Shown here piece by piece: positions 27,976 through 40,289 of a stretch of DNA of 64,000 bases (the first letter of the stretch is position 1; each line of letters starts with the position of its first letter). The DNA is from Bigelowiella natans CCMP2755. Taxonomy: Eukaryota > Protista > Cercozoa. The position numbers and the translations under genes are program-made. The stretch spans positions 20,659 through 84,658 of the forward strand of contig ADNK01002827.1 of the NCBI GenBank assembly GCA_000320545.1. Reading direction: 5' to 3'. A model generated the notes under the pieces. It searched no databases and had not been told where the DNA came from. It saw only the letters and a program-made list of their open reading frames with translations.

Positions 27976-29566
27976 ATTAATTTTTAATTCTACATTTTAA
28001 ACGAATCGAAGCTTCACATGTCTGCAACTTAATGTTCAAATTCTTGGTTTACATTGCCATCAAAGTGATGGTGCGTTTTCATCAAGCTCGAGCCCATAAT
28101 TGTCTTCCTCTACTCCCATTCCCACAACCTCTTTGTCCCTAAAATTGCCTGAGACTATTTTCTCCGTTCCTTTTAGTGAGCATTGTTTTTCCTTTCCAAG
28201 TTCGATCTTTGTTTTCTTTTTGCTATTTTCATTTTCGTGAATAGGGAAACTATTTTTACGCTTACTTTTGTGAATTTCTTGAGAACGACCTTTCTCTCCT
28301 ACACCACTGGAATTGGGACAAGAATCTTTACTATTCTTTGGTTGTGGCTTCCGGTTATGTTCGACATCAATATCTTTATTTTCTTTACTTTCGCTCATTG
28401 TTTTGAAGGCGCCTTTCCTATCTGATTTTTTTTTAGAGTCTTCAATTTGATTTTTATCTAGACTGTCTGGTTCCTGCTTTTCTTCAATAGAATCTCCGTG
28501 GTTGCCAATACCGTTGACAACCCCCTCTTGAACTTCTGACTTTGAGGGAGATCGATCATTGTTTGAATCGAATTCATCTAATGTCATCTCTTTTGGGGGA
28601 TTTGGGTAAGTAAATTTAGATTTTTCCCCAATGGACTTTTCTCCACTAGATTCCCTATCAATGTTGCTGCTTGCACTCTCTTGTACACTACCATTCGTTG
28701 TTTCGTGATTTTCCTTTCCCACAGATGCCTACCAATTGTAGAAGTTGTTCACGGACAGTTTGCATCACTACTTAAATTGTTTACTTTTTTGGAGTTCGCA
28801 CTCTCCTCAAGACCATCCTGAAATATTTCGATACCTACCAAATTCAATATGTGAAGAGGTAGAAAAGTATTTAGTGTTAAGAAGTACCCCCATCAAATTG
28901 TTGACTTCCTTTGGAACCTGAATGCTGCATGTCTAAGTGTATATCTTCATCCTTGATAGCAAAAATGCTATTAATGGAATGAGCCTCATTTCCCTTCACG
29001 TTCGAAAAGTATCCGACAGTATCGCTATGAATTTGTTTTCCATCAATTGTGGCCACCATTGTGGGAACATCCTTCCTCGAAGAATTTTCATTTATTAGAG
29101 AATTTATCCCATCCTTATGGTTTTTCGGATTCGGACGTGAAAAATTGAAGGGAAAGATATCTGCATTCTTTGAAACCGCGTATGTCTTGTTTTCCAAAGC
29201 TGCCTGAGGCGCAATTTCGCTGCTTTTTTTTTGCATTTGCTGTAAAAGTTGATTATGTTGTCGAAGGCTCATATGGGAAGGGTTTCCCGTAGCTACTTGT
29301 TGTGAAGTCTGCTGAGACCCTCTTTGAGAAGATTCAGATGCGCCAGTCTTAATCATTTTTGTATTTCCACTCGCATTTAAGCGTTTCGTACTATGAGCAA
29401 CATGATTCACAATAAAAGTACATCGTATTGCCTATGAGTGGAAATTGACCTGGAAGATGACTTTCCATTTTCAGTTCGTGGGATAATTTGAGAAGGGGGA
29501 AATTCCCTTTGTGATTGGTGCCCACGCTTTATGAATAAAAATATTAGAATTTGAAAATGTGATAGG

Positions 29567-29641
29567 TTATAGACACGTTTACCCTTAGTCCGGGAATAGC
29601 GAACCAATCTTCTGTTGCTCGTCGAAGAGCAGCACCAAGTG
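29567..29641 (+). repeat. ~75-bp direct duplication, copy 1 (copy 2 at 31405-31480)
   Basis: ttatagacacgtttacccttagtccgggaatagcgaaccaatcttctgtt(t)gctcgtcgaagagcagcaccaagtg occurs at both sites and differs by one T. Confidence 0.9.
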
Positions 29642-31404
29642 CAAAATGTAGGGATCTGACCATAAAACTTTATCCATTGGCAAAATAAAATACTTGAGGA
29701 TGTAAATGTGTAACCTATAAGCCTCTCGCAACCATCCGCTCCTTAATATTAATAATCGGAAGGGAGAGATGTTTATTTCTTTCTAAAGGCTGGGAAAATG
29801 ATGTCTACTTGATTCTTTCCACAAGTTCACATAGAAGAAAGATTCCATCGCCTTCAGGAACTGAGACCATAATATAATTTCACATATTTACCTTCTTATT
29901 GGTTGAAGGCGGCACTTTTATTTATTTAACCTCTTTCTAAAGTTCCGTATATTGACTCAAGAACCACACTATTACCTGATAATGAACTTACTCTAAAAAA
30001 TCATTTTGCGACGAAATGATTAATAAGATGTAGCAAACCGCTATTAACGCACTGAAATTTTCGACCATCAAAATGATACCTTTTAGTAAGAATTTTTGAA
30101 TTTTGAAACAGATAATTTGTGAAGTATTGAAAGTCCGATGAAGCAAAGCATGTAGAGATAATCAGATTTAAAAAAAATTACCATCTAACTGGCATGGAAT
30201 CGTAGATTGACATCTCATTTACTGACGCGTTTTGAAGAAGCTGTGCCTTTGTAAATTTGATCAATGAGTCATCAAAGAAAATAATTGTTATTATAGACTC
30301 GAATGTACAGTCATATCTTGCTACCAGCCAAAATGCTGAACCATCAGTCGGGCGGATGACAACGATCTGACCTTAATGATTTGAACTCTCATGAGATAAC
30401 TCAATATACAGATATGTGGTTCTCTCGGTACCTTGTATTAAATTCTTCAAGCTAGAGAGTGGTTGAAAGTGAAGATCTTTAATCGTTTCGCGGCACTAAA
30501 AATCACAACAATTTGTATTTTCCTATGTGACATTGTTTGTTGGTACCTGCAGCCATTGCGCAGCTGCTTGAGGTATCCTTGATTTGTTGAATTGGTTGTC
30601 GATAACGGACTCGATTATAGTCTAAATAATAATGTCATCATTTCCAATATTCCTATCAACGAAGGTTCGAAACCAGTTTACAATTTTTCATTACTTCGGC
30701 ATCAAATTTAATCCAGTCATCGTGGAAAAAACCGCCCCTATCAACATATATAATACTTCGAATGAGAAACCTTGTTTTTTATGGAAACTTTTAAGTCCTC
30801 GCTTGAAAATTGAATCAAAGAACTACAAATTAAATCCATCTTACTTCTGTCCTCTCAGAGCACGAATTTTGTCATTGTCATTTTTCCGATGTGCTGAAAC
30901 ATGAGAAATTTTAAATGAACACGCTTCCAGGGCGTAAGTAAAGTGTTGTATGTACCACTTCCAGACTGGGCTGACGATTGTGCAAGCCCATTCAACTCCA
31001 CAGACGGCATTACAGGTCAGGACCTAACAGAGGATGACCTGGTGGCTGGTGGCGGGACCTTTTTTGAGTTGGGTTTTGAATAAGTTTTGCGACACGTGAT
31101 CAGAGGCATCTTGTAGCTCAAACGGAGGGAATTTTGTAAATATTTGCACTCAATTACCTTGTCGTTTACATGCAATGAATCAGAGTTCAGTCAACATTGT
31201 CACCGATGAATTCAGGAGTTTCATTCTGCTGATCGCACATCCTATGTTACATTGCGACTTCACAAAATGCATGTCGCAGTGCAACAAATGAGTTTTTCGG
31301 AAGTTTGAATTGCTCGTCTAGAATCTTCAAACATTTTTTGAAATCTTTAAAAATATATGAGAACTTCAACAATTTGAAAAATGGGTGATAGACACAGGTT
31401 ATTA

Positions 31405-31480
31405 TTATAGACACGTTTACCCTTAGTCCGGGAATAGCGAACCAATCTTCTGTTTGCTCGTCGAAGAGCAGCACCAAGTG
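31405..31480 (+). repeat. ~75-bp direct duplication, copy 2
   Basis: Near-identical to 29567-29641. Confidence 0.9.
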
Positions 31481-31662
31481 GGGGAAATCGCCTGCGCTTT
31501 TCTTTCTCTTCCCAAAGACCCAAAGAAATCTCGTACATGTAGTGTTGCTCGAGATTGTACGTTTTTTTCCTTGCTTCCAATTGCGTGCATCAAGTCACAA
31601 TTGATTTACACGTGCGTACGTTGTAGTGCAAAGTGAGCACGTATCATTCGTACTTCTCAATT

Positions 31663-32301
31663 ATGACTTCCATTTCGTTCTTCGTTGCCGTTGCGGTGTG
31701 GTTCTCGTTTCCTTTTTGTGCCCGAGGGGACAACTCAAGAAACGCAAGTGTCATCGAGAGCACGAGTAGTTTGAAAGACATTCTAAGAGGGCATGAGCTG
31801 TCATTTGCCGAGCCCTTTCCCAGTGGGGCGTTTCATCCTCCTATGCGTGCTGTCGTCGATGCATCTCAACAGTACCAACTCTCGTTCGAAGTACTCTTCA
31901 CTGGCATTGTTACTTTTGGTTACTGGGGGTCGATCATCCAACTCACGGCGTCTAACAGGGATGGATTGCAAAATGGTGATCGCATTCCTGGCATCTGGCA
32001 GCACATGGACGGGACAACCAAGCTGTATGTGCGAACTGGTACCAGTTTTCATGGCGACCTTGGATGCACAACATCTGAGCTCCCGCTGAATCAATGGATT
32101 TCCGTCTTTGTCACAGTCTCCAATGGAAACCTTGATGTTACTCTGTCCAACAATATTAAGGGATGTTCCACCGCTCTGCCGGGAACTTTGTTTCCCTCAA
32201 CAAAGAACGTCGGGGTGTTCATCGGCGACACTTTTGGTGTTCGTGGCTACGCACCCGCGAAAATGAAGATTCGCAATGTGTTTTACCTGACTAGACATTG
32301 A
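31663..32301 (+). CDS. Intronless secreted protein with a ConA-like lectin/LamG-type beta-sandwich domain
   Basis: Hydrophobic signal peptide MTSISFFVAVAVWFSFPFCARG. Domain motifs YQLSFEV, WGSIIQLT, GDRIPGIW, LPLNQWISVFVTV, VFIGDTF...AKMKIRNVFY. Confidence 0.65.
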   Translation: MTSISFFVAVAVWFSFPFCARGDNSRNASVIESTSSLKDILRGHELSFAEPFPSGAFHPPMRAVVDASQQYQLSFEVLFTGIVTFGYWGSIIQLTASNRDGLQNGDRIPGIWQHMDGTTKLYVRTGTSFHGDLGCTTSELPLNQWISVFVTVSNGNLDVTLSNNIKGCSTALPGTLFPSTKNVGVFIGDTFGVRGYAPAKMKIRNVFYLTRH

Positions 32302-32599
32302 AACACAATTCGCATGATCTGTTCTTTGTTTCGTAGTGCACTACCGTTTCACCACCGCACTTTCACGGTTGCATAAGTCCCTCACAAGTTTGCGCTCAGG
32401 CAGATCAAATCTCAGTAAAATGCAGCAAATGTCACACGGATATGAATTTTGATATCTTGGCAGTAGGGTGTGCGATGCACTTTGTAGCAAAAGGTTTACA
32501 GTTAAAACATCTAGATCCAGAGATGGATTCGTCTCCATCGATGCATGTCGTACACATGTGATGTGTTGCATCAATGGAGCTCAAAACAAATGCCACAAA

Positions 32600-33420
32600 A
32601 GCAATGAAGGCCATCTAGCCATGTGACACAGCCATGTTGGCAGGCTGTCATGTCCATCATTGCTGGCTAGCTAGCTAGCTGGGTGCAAGATGAAAGAGGG
32701 AGCACCAAAGTGGAGCTTGCTAGCTCCAGAGCTAACTAGCTAGCCAATGCACCAGCGCAAGCTGTGGCGCATCGCACACTGCACTGATGACTAGATGGAC
32801 TAGATTATCTAGATCTGTTGCTAGCTGCTAGCTACTAGCTAACTAGCTAGCAAGTAGTTTGGTCTGCATGGTAGTGGTGATGCACAGCACTAGCAGCTAG
32901 CTAGCTAGTAGCTAGAGCTAGAGAGCACTAGAGCAGGCCAACTAGCTGATGAGTTCTCCTAGCTAGCTAGCTAGTAGGTCTTCTAGCCTGCTCTAGTGCT
33001 GGCTTGCATGTCAAGCAAGAGCCATGTTTGCAACCAATTTTGCATCTGTCCCGCTCTGGCTAGCTAGCTAGCTAGCGCTGTCCAAGCCCACTGTTAGACT
33101 GTGCTAGCCTAGCTAGCCAGCAAGCAGAGTCTGCACCGCACTAGCGCGGAAACTAAATGAATTCAAGATGGAAAAGCTACCAAATGATCATGCAAGTTCA
33201 AAAGTAGAAGTTGGATCCGCCCCCTAGCTGCTAGCTAGCTAGGCTAGTAGGCATGCTAGCATGCATGAGCGCAGTTACACTCCAACACTGCGCAGTGCTG
33301 CACACACGCTAGAACGCGCATGCCACGCTAGCACGCTAGCGCGAGCAGACCTCGCTAGCTCGTCCACGCAAAAGCTCCATAAATATCAGTTTGCTCTCTA
33401 GTTCTTGCATCTCACGGCCT
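32600..33420. repeat. Degenerate (GCTA/CTAG)n-rich intergenic tract
   Basis: Dozens of gctagctagc units; almost all TA dinucleotides are within CTAG. Confidence 0.75.
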
Positions 33421-33579
33421 GCTATGTGCAGTAGATTGGATTACACAAATTACAATTTTGAGTCCTATCATGAGCGAAACTCCTTCAACAATTCAGTTTC
33501 CACTCGATATAGCTTCTAGGTCGAAACACCGAACCACGGACGTTTAATGTGCGCAATTAGTAATATTCCCTGCCGAATG

Positions 33580-35726
33580 CTACTCCGGTCTTTTTCTCGT
33601 ACTATTCCTGTAATTTCTAGTTTTTGAGTCGTCAGCCCGATTGCTCCGTTGCCTACTGCTACTACTTCGCATCGAAGTACTGTTCGTACTCGTAGGGGTA
33701 TGATATGTTGGTGAGAATAACAGCGCACCTGATAAAAGCACAGAGTAACAAATCGACAGGAGCATGATGAGATATTTATGAGTAGGCTGCTGTTATCTAC
33801 AGCCGATGAGATTTTCCCCATTGGCATTGTGAAGCAATGAGCTGCCTTCACGAATGGGGAGGAGAAAATGGAGCGATTTATTCGTGATAAATGCAGATAA
33901 CAATGTGCTATGATAAATTGATTCTTTCGTCGGTTCTCACAGGGATCCTCCATATCATAAGTATGATCGTCATTATGCTGTTGCTCTATTCCTCTCCTCA
34001 ACCTGCAATGCTCGTTGGCGGTGGCGGCATGTTCGGCATGTGGACGTTGGGGCTTCTTCGGTCTAATGATACATTCTGGTTACGAGCAGGAGGGGGAGGA
34101 TGAGTTCCCTCTTCGACGTTAGAATGATTGCCATTGGGGAATGGTGGCTGTGATTGATGAACTGGGAACCGTAAGACTTGCCGTATTCGAACACTTCCAT
34201 CAGGGTTTCTCTGGATGATTTGTCTATTTATAGTAGCGGTACTACGGCGATGAATAGGTGGCTGATCAGGGCTCTCTATTCTCTCCGCTCTCACTATGTA
34301 GTCATCATCCTTTTCGTCTGAACGTAACAAACAACAGCGAATAGAAGACTTGCACTCAACGATAAATGCAGGACCGATGTGGAAAAATATCCTCCGCTGC
34401 TACCATGTGTGTGCTTGGAAAAGGGTTATGAGTTGCTAGAGGCATGCAGTTGCTAGGAAAGCTACTCCAGTGGATATGTCGCAAAGTGACCGCACCAGCA
34501 ACAGCAAACACCAACAACAACACATTGGCTTGCATCAGCAAAGTAGGTCTACTATATTCAATCATCCTATTCATGCTCCTACTACTACAACTGCTACTAT
34601 TCTACTACTACGACTACCATAGTCGTTTCTAGTCCCTTCTGCTTCTCCCCCACTACTGGTGCCCCTCCTTCCATCCACCTCATTTCCCCGGGTGTTTGTG
34701 CTTAAGCCAGCGTATGAAAGTATACTTCCTACTGCAGAGCTTAAGTACGATAATGGAGAAGATAAAGAAGAAGAAGAGGATGATGATGAAGATGATGAAG
34801 GAGCTCTCATCATCTTTGATTCGTCGCGATGATGCTGGCGACCACTGCGTTGTTGCTGCTGGTGATGCTGGTGCGAATAGAAACGAGTACTACAAGGAAC
34901 GACGGAAGAAAACACAGGAGAATCATATAGAACGAACCACCAGTAATCAATACTGAAAAAATAAGGACCAACCGCTACGACGAGTGGATGGAAGATTAAA
35001 TCATAAAGCAAAGCATTCATGACTTGCATCTTCCAGAAAACAATGAATGCACAGACGGTGCCGTCGTAACATAACACAGCAGCCAGAGAGACAGTGAAGA
35101 CGCCATCCATTCGGCTGCTGTTATAAGTCCGCACCTTTGCTGCTGTCTCAGCTTTGCATGTGGGTGTGGAGATGGCGAAGGAGCATCTGGGAGCATGCAT
35201 AAAGTAATATATATATCAGAGCATGCTTCTTTGTAGAACTACTACTAGTAATAGTCGTACAATCACTACTTCTACCATAGCAGTATCTACTGATACTATT
35301 ACTACTACTGCTACTGCTGCTGCTGCTACCACGAAAGTTCCTCCTCAATAAACGCCCAAGGACGTATACCGCATTGCCAAGTCTACATAGTGACTCCCCG
35401 ACCTCTACTGCCACTGATCAGACCAAAACAATCAATCAAATGAAAACATTTAATGACGATGGGCGACAAAGATGCTGGGTACAAAATGAAGTGTAATAAT
35501 TATAGATGAGTATCTCTCACTCACACATGCATATATCACGATATTATCGCCTCAGATCCTCCTTTTCCAACCCCCCCCACGGCTTCATGGCACAGTACAA
35601 TAAATTCACTACTTACACACCTTCTGGCCTTGTCGGCAATCCAAAGTCTGGCTCACGTTTGCTGTCTAATTGAGAAGCACTACTACTACTACTACTACTA
35701 CTACTACCACTACTACTATGGTTATT

Positions 35727-35765
<39 letters not shown>

Positions 35766-36468
35766 CTCCCCCCCGCGATTAGCAGCTTCTGCACTTCTAT
35801 GTTCATTTTGTAAGGCCTCGAGCTTCTTTGCAATATCGTGCTAAGGGATAGAAAGACAGGACAAGGAGTAACAAGAAGAAGAAGAGGGTTAGGAAGGAAG
35901 AGAGAAGTTACTCAGTTGCTATATGACAGCAACAACGACAACAACAACGACAACACAGCTGATACTTGTACTGACTGACAACTGTCAGGAGCACCACTGA
36001 GATGCCGTGATTTCATTACTGCCGTTCCCATTCTGATATCTTCATTTTACTCGGTAGTTATTTCGTATTATTCTTACCAGGGGAAGTAATCGCCAGAGGT
36101 CTCTTCCTCTCAATATATCATGTAAAACGCGACAGAGCTTTGCCAGACCTTCCCAAACAACACATACAAAGAAAAACACATCAACAACAGCGAAAACGAA
36201 GAAAGTACAGACAAGTATTAACAAACAGTAGCGGCAATGTCTAAATATATAACAGGTATGCAGTAGCACCTTCTAGATCGTGCGAAATGGGAATGGGTTC
36301 TTTTCGGTCAGGTTGCGAGAGGAAGTAGGCAAGCTCCGACCTTTCGTTATTTAGATATAACAGAAGAAGAAGAAGAAGAAGAAGAAGAAGAAGAAGAAGG
36401 AAAAAAAAAAAAGAAGAAGGAGAAAGCTAAGATACGTCGTCTTCTTGTGCATTGAGGGTGACGATAAT

Positions 36469-36499
<31 letters not shown>

Positions 36500-37618
36500 A
36501 ATGATGAGGAGCAGGATGAGTGCAAACCATAGTTGGCAACGTGTGTGTAAGGTAAATTAGCAATCATACATCACTATCATCATCATCATCATCACTACAT
36601 TGCTTTAGCTTCCTCAGGACTAATCAGCCTCGACAATCTCCTCCTGTTGTTGTTGCTGCTGCTGCTGTTGTTGGTGCTGCTGCTGCTGGTACTACTGTTT
36701 GGATGATTTGTAAGGGCAGCAGCAATTTGTCTCCCAAGCTGGTAATGAGCCTGTAATCGACGAAAGCAGTTAACAGATGAATTATCATCATCATCATCAT
36801 CATCGTCGCCATTCCTTCAAATCTTAGCATAACCTCCCCGTCCTATTCTCGTTGCGCAATTATACTCTCTTCCCTCCTTTATTCAGCGACGAGAGTGTAC
36901 AACAGCAGTAGTAATACTACACGATCGAAGCAAGTAAAATGAACCTGAGCAGTAAGACTCCACACAGGTGCAAGAGCTTCCATAGCTCTTTTCGTCTCCA
37001 GCTGCTGCTGCTGCTGCTGCATTAGTCGCCGTTGTTCTTTGCCCTCCGACGAAGAAGTAGTACTGCTACTATTCCATCCTCCTCCTCCTACATTATTGCC
37101 ATTATTCCTTGTGTTGTTGTTGCCTGGAGTGCCTCCGCCTAATGGTTGAGTGAAACAATGATTCGAACAATGGACAATGTGCATATAAATCTGTAAAGGT
37201 TTGTATATAAAAGGAGCAGCAGATTGCGTTAAAAGCTGATTGATATCGCCGTGATGAAAGCTTATACCGCTCTTAAAACAAAATTACGCAGCAACACCGA
37301 GGATAATCAATAATCAATCATCACCCACTGGCAAAAACTCTCCCATTCATACAACTATTACTACTACTACTGCTATAATCGTTCTTACGAGCATTACCAG
37401 TAGTAGAGGTGGTAGTAGTCGGCAACGAGGGACTTACTGACTGCCGCTGCTGCTGCTGCTGCTGTGACGGATAAAATCCTCCTCTCCCCCCCCCTGCTGG
37501 TGCTGCTGCTGGTGGTACTGCGTTTGGAAGGCGAGAGGGAATGGGAGTCCGATGGGGTAGCATCGTCATGTGCGCATTTATGTCAGTCTCGCCAGGTCCT
37601 GCCCAAATGAGGAGAGGG

Positions 37619-37660
<42 letters not shown>

Positions 37661-39635
37661 TAGTTTACATTGTGCGTTGCAATCTAAGTGTGGTGTGCGT
37701 GCTATCGATACAGCCCCTCCCCTCCCTTCCAATAGTGTTACTGCCTCCCAACCAAAAGCCAGAAACAACCTGGGCCTTCACAGATCTGGCAATAATCGCA
37801 GTGACACACCAAGCACAGCCATCTTCTTCCGAACCTATGAGAGCACAAACAAAGAAACGACGAAAGCAAGGGATATGAGCACTAATATATCTTAAAACAG
37901 TAAGGAATATCAGATTTTAAAACAGAAAGCAAACATGATCTGTTTACTGTTTGTTTTGCAGTTGTTAACCTCGCAACGTAGAGGAGGCTTAATACTTAGC
38001 ATTGCCATATCCGCCATTTGACATTATGTACTTTCGCTTGCAGGGTGAGAAGAGAAAAAATATGGACATAGCATCATTCATTAATTACCCTGTTCTTGTA
38101 CATCGATCACATACCCAGCCTGTTGCGTATCCTCCTCTGCTCCATCGTTACCATCGATGTACACATCAAAACAAAAAAAGTAGAGGAATAGATGCAGCAT
38201 GATGCCCAGTGAGAAAGATCGAGAAGGGAAACAAAACAACCCCAAAAAAAAATCTATGTCATTGTTTTTATATTGCTTTGCACAGTACTCATGATCTATA
38301 TCGATTGAAAAGGAAGAATGGAGAACTCACTCGCTGTAGTCGGAAATCACCATAGAATGCCCATTGTGACACAACGGTCGGCCTGCAGAATTACGGCGCA
38401 AAGTGAACATACACACGTTCATCGACACGCTGAAACGCTTATCCTCTTAACGAGAAGTATGAAAAGCATATATGACGACTCGTCATCCACCTCAAAACAT
38501 ATCTCAACCGAGCAGACTAACGAGGAAGAAGGAAAGAGGAAGAAGAAAGAGGGGGAAAGGTTGCGACTCCGGCGACCACTAAGAACATAACTCTCACACA
38601 GAAAAGAAGTAGCGCTCCTCCTCATCAAAGAAGCAGTAGTCTTTGTTAGTGGTGTGGGAAGTACCTTGTCGAGCCGTGGAGGGAGGTTTGCTGCCTTTGA
38701 TCGTCCGACTAGAGAACAGTTGTTTGTTGCGCACACACACGACCAACACCAATATATACAGCACGCAACACCTTCCTCACGTTTTGGACCATTAGTGCGA
38801 AATCTGCACGATTGTTCGCAAGGTAATCATACCGAAATTCACTAGAAATCTTCAATTACACCATAAACAAACGAACTCAGCAGTTCGGATATATTCATGT
38901 TCGTCCTCATCGTTCCTCTTCTTAATTTCCTCTTTTACCTTGAAATTAAGTGGATTGCACACCCATTCGATAGTCCTAATTGATTAATAGCAGCATGCGA
39001 TGAGCAGGTTTCTTACGTCATGTGCGTGATGTATCTTTTCCATAACCTCCATAACTACCGCAGCAGCTGGAATTTTGGGATCAAATGCTTTTATTCACCC
39101 TTCCCTTCCTCCCTTCCTCCTCGCTCCCTCCAAAATCGTATCCCCAAATACCTAGCTCGCGCAAATTGCCACTGCGAATAATTTTGCCTGATGTAATATG
39201 TGAATTAGGTTCAGGAAGAGGATAAAATGATGTGTTTAAAATACTCTTTCACCTTTCCAAATGATTCGTTGTATCTCAATTGAGATGTCCTTCTTGGATG
39301 CAGCTATTTTCTTCACCAACACCTCCACCGTGGACTTATTGTGTAATGAAACAAAGTAGAACCCAAAGCAAAAGTAAATCAAGGTTTCGCTCCGAAAGCA
39401 GCAGTGAGGGGATGTGCGCGTGATAATGGGGGAAATATAGGGGGAAGACCTCAGCAGCGACAGAAACCCAAAAATCTCCGTGTTTCATCGTTTTAACACG
39501 GATACGCCATTCTTTGCTATCAACGGCAGTAACACCCGAGTAGTTACTTCCTCCAAGTGGTGAGGTTGGCGTTGGAGACGATGATTTTCCATCTTCCTTC
39601 AGGCAGCTGTCGGAGTCCTCTTCAGAATCGTACAT
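33580..39635 (-). CDS. BAG6/Scythe-like protein: N-terminal ubiquitin-like domain, ZZ-like zinc finger, BAG6-like helical motif, low-complexity tail
   Basis: UBL: WRIRVKTMKHGDFWVSVAAE|STVEVLVKKIAASKKDISIEIQRIIWKG|KIIRSGNLREL|GLSNGCAIHLIS. Zinc finger over three exons: RPLCHNGHSMVISDY|GGYATGWVCDRCTRTG|FGRRWLCLVCHCDYCQIC. VEVGESLCRLGNAVYVLGRL resembles BAG6 VGESLRLLGNTFVALSDL. Confidence 0.6.
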
Positions 39636-40289
39636 CACCTAGCTGCTTCCAACCTACCACTTGTAGAAGAGATGCCTTAGAAATCTTCAATAATAGCGAC
39701 TCAAGCTTTTGTGATAAATGAAGGAAGGGGTGAACCTGTGTATCCTCGTCGATGCTGAGTAGCAAGTATGTGTGGCGCCTGGGGTGGAGAAAGCAGATGA
39801 TCTCCTAATGATTTACCGGTAAGATTCTGGCCCTAATGATGCTGACGTAATTCAAAAATCCATGGCGTTTTCCTTCCGAATTCAAAGAAGAAAGAAAGGA
39901 ATGTCATTTCTACAAGGAGACACGCAACTCTTTGATGTCGCATTATTTCTTTGGAGGATTTTACAGATGTTGTCGTAGTGGAAAGAAGCATGCCGTTTTA
40001 TCCCGTTTTTCTTGCGAATGATTCCTCTCCTGATAAAGAGGAAGAAATTGCAGAACTCTCATGAATGGCGGCCAAGGACTCCGATTCCTTATTTACTTCG
40101 AACGAAAAAAGTAGGATTGATTGGCTCATTGTTTTCTCAGCTTTCCCATATAATTCCACGTAAAATCCATGTTTAATGCACCTTTAATTTTAGAGTTAGC
40201 GCCAGACTATAGTGGAGAAAAGGTTGGGCAAACGAATCTTCCAATGAGCCAAGCGAATATTCTGGAGACGAATGGGCATAATAAGAGCA

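Larger units (their letters stand above)
28060..31590 (-). pseudogene. Degenerate AT-rich multi-exon gene of unknown function with long low-complexity C-terminal exons
   Basis: Open exons 28060-28722 and 28877-29410. Upstream exon-like segments carry a homopolymer frameshift (about 31480) and in-frame stops (about 31170-31190). Confidence 0.4.

Noticed and set aside
32600-33420. CRISPR-like or telomeric array
   Set aside because: Irregular tetranucleotide microsatellite with no repeat-spacer periodicity and no telomere motif.
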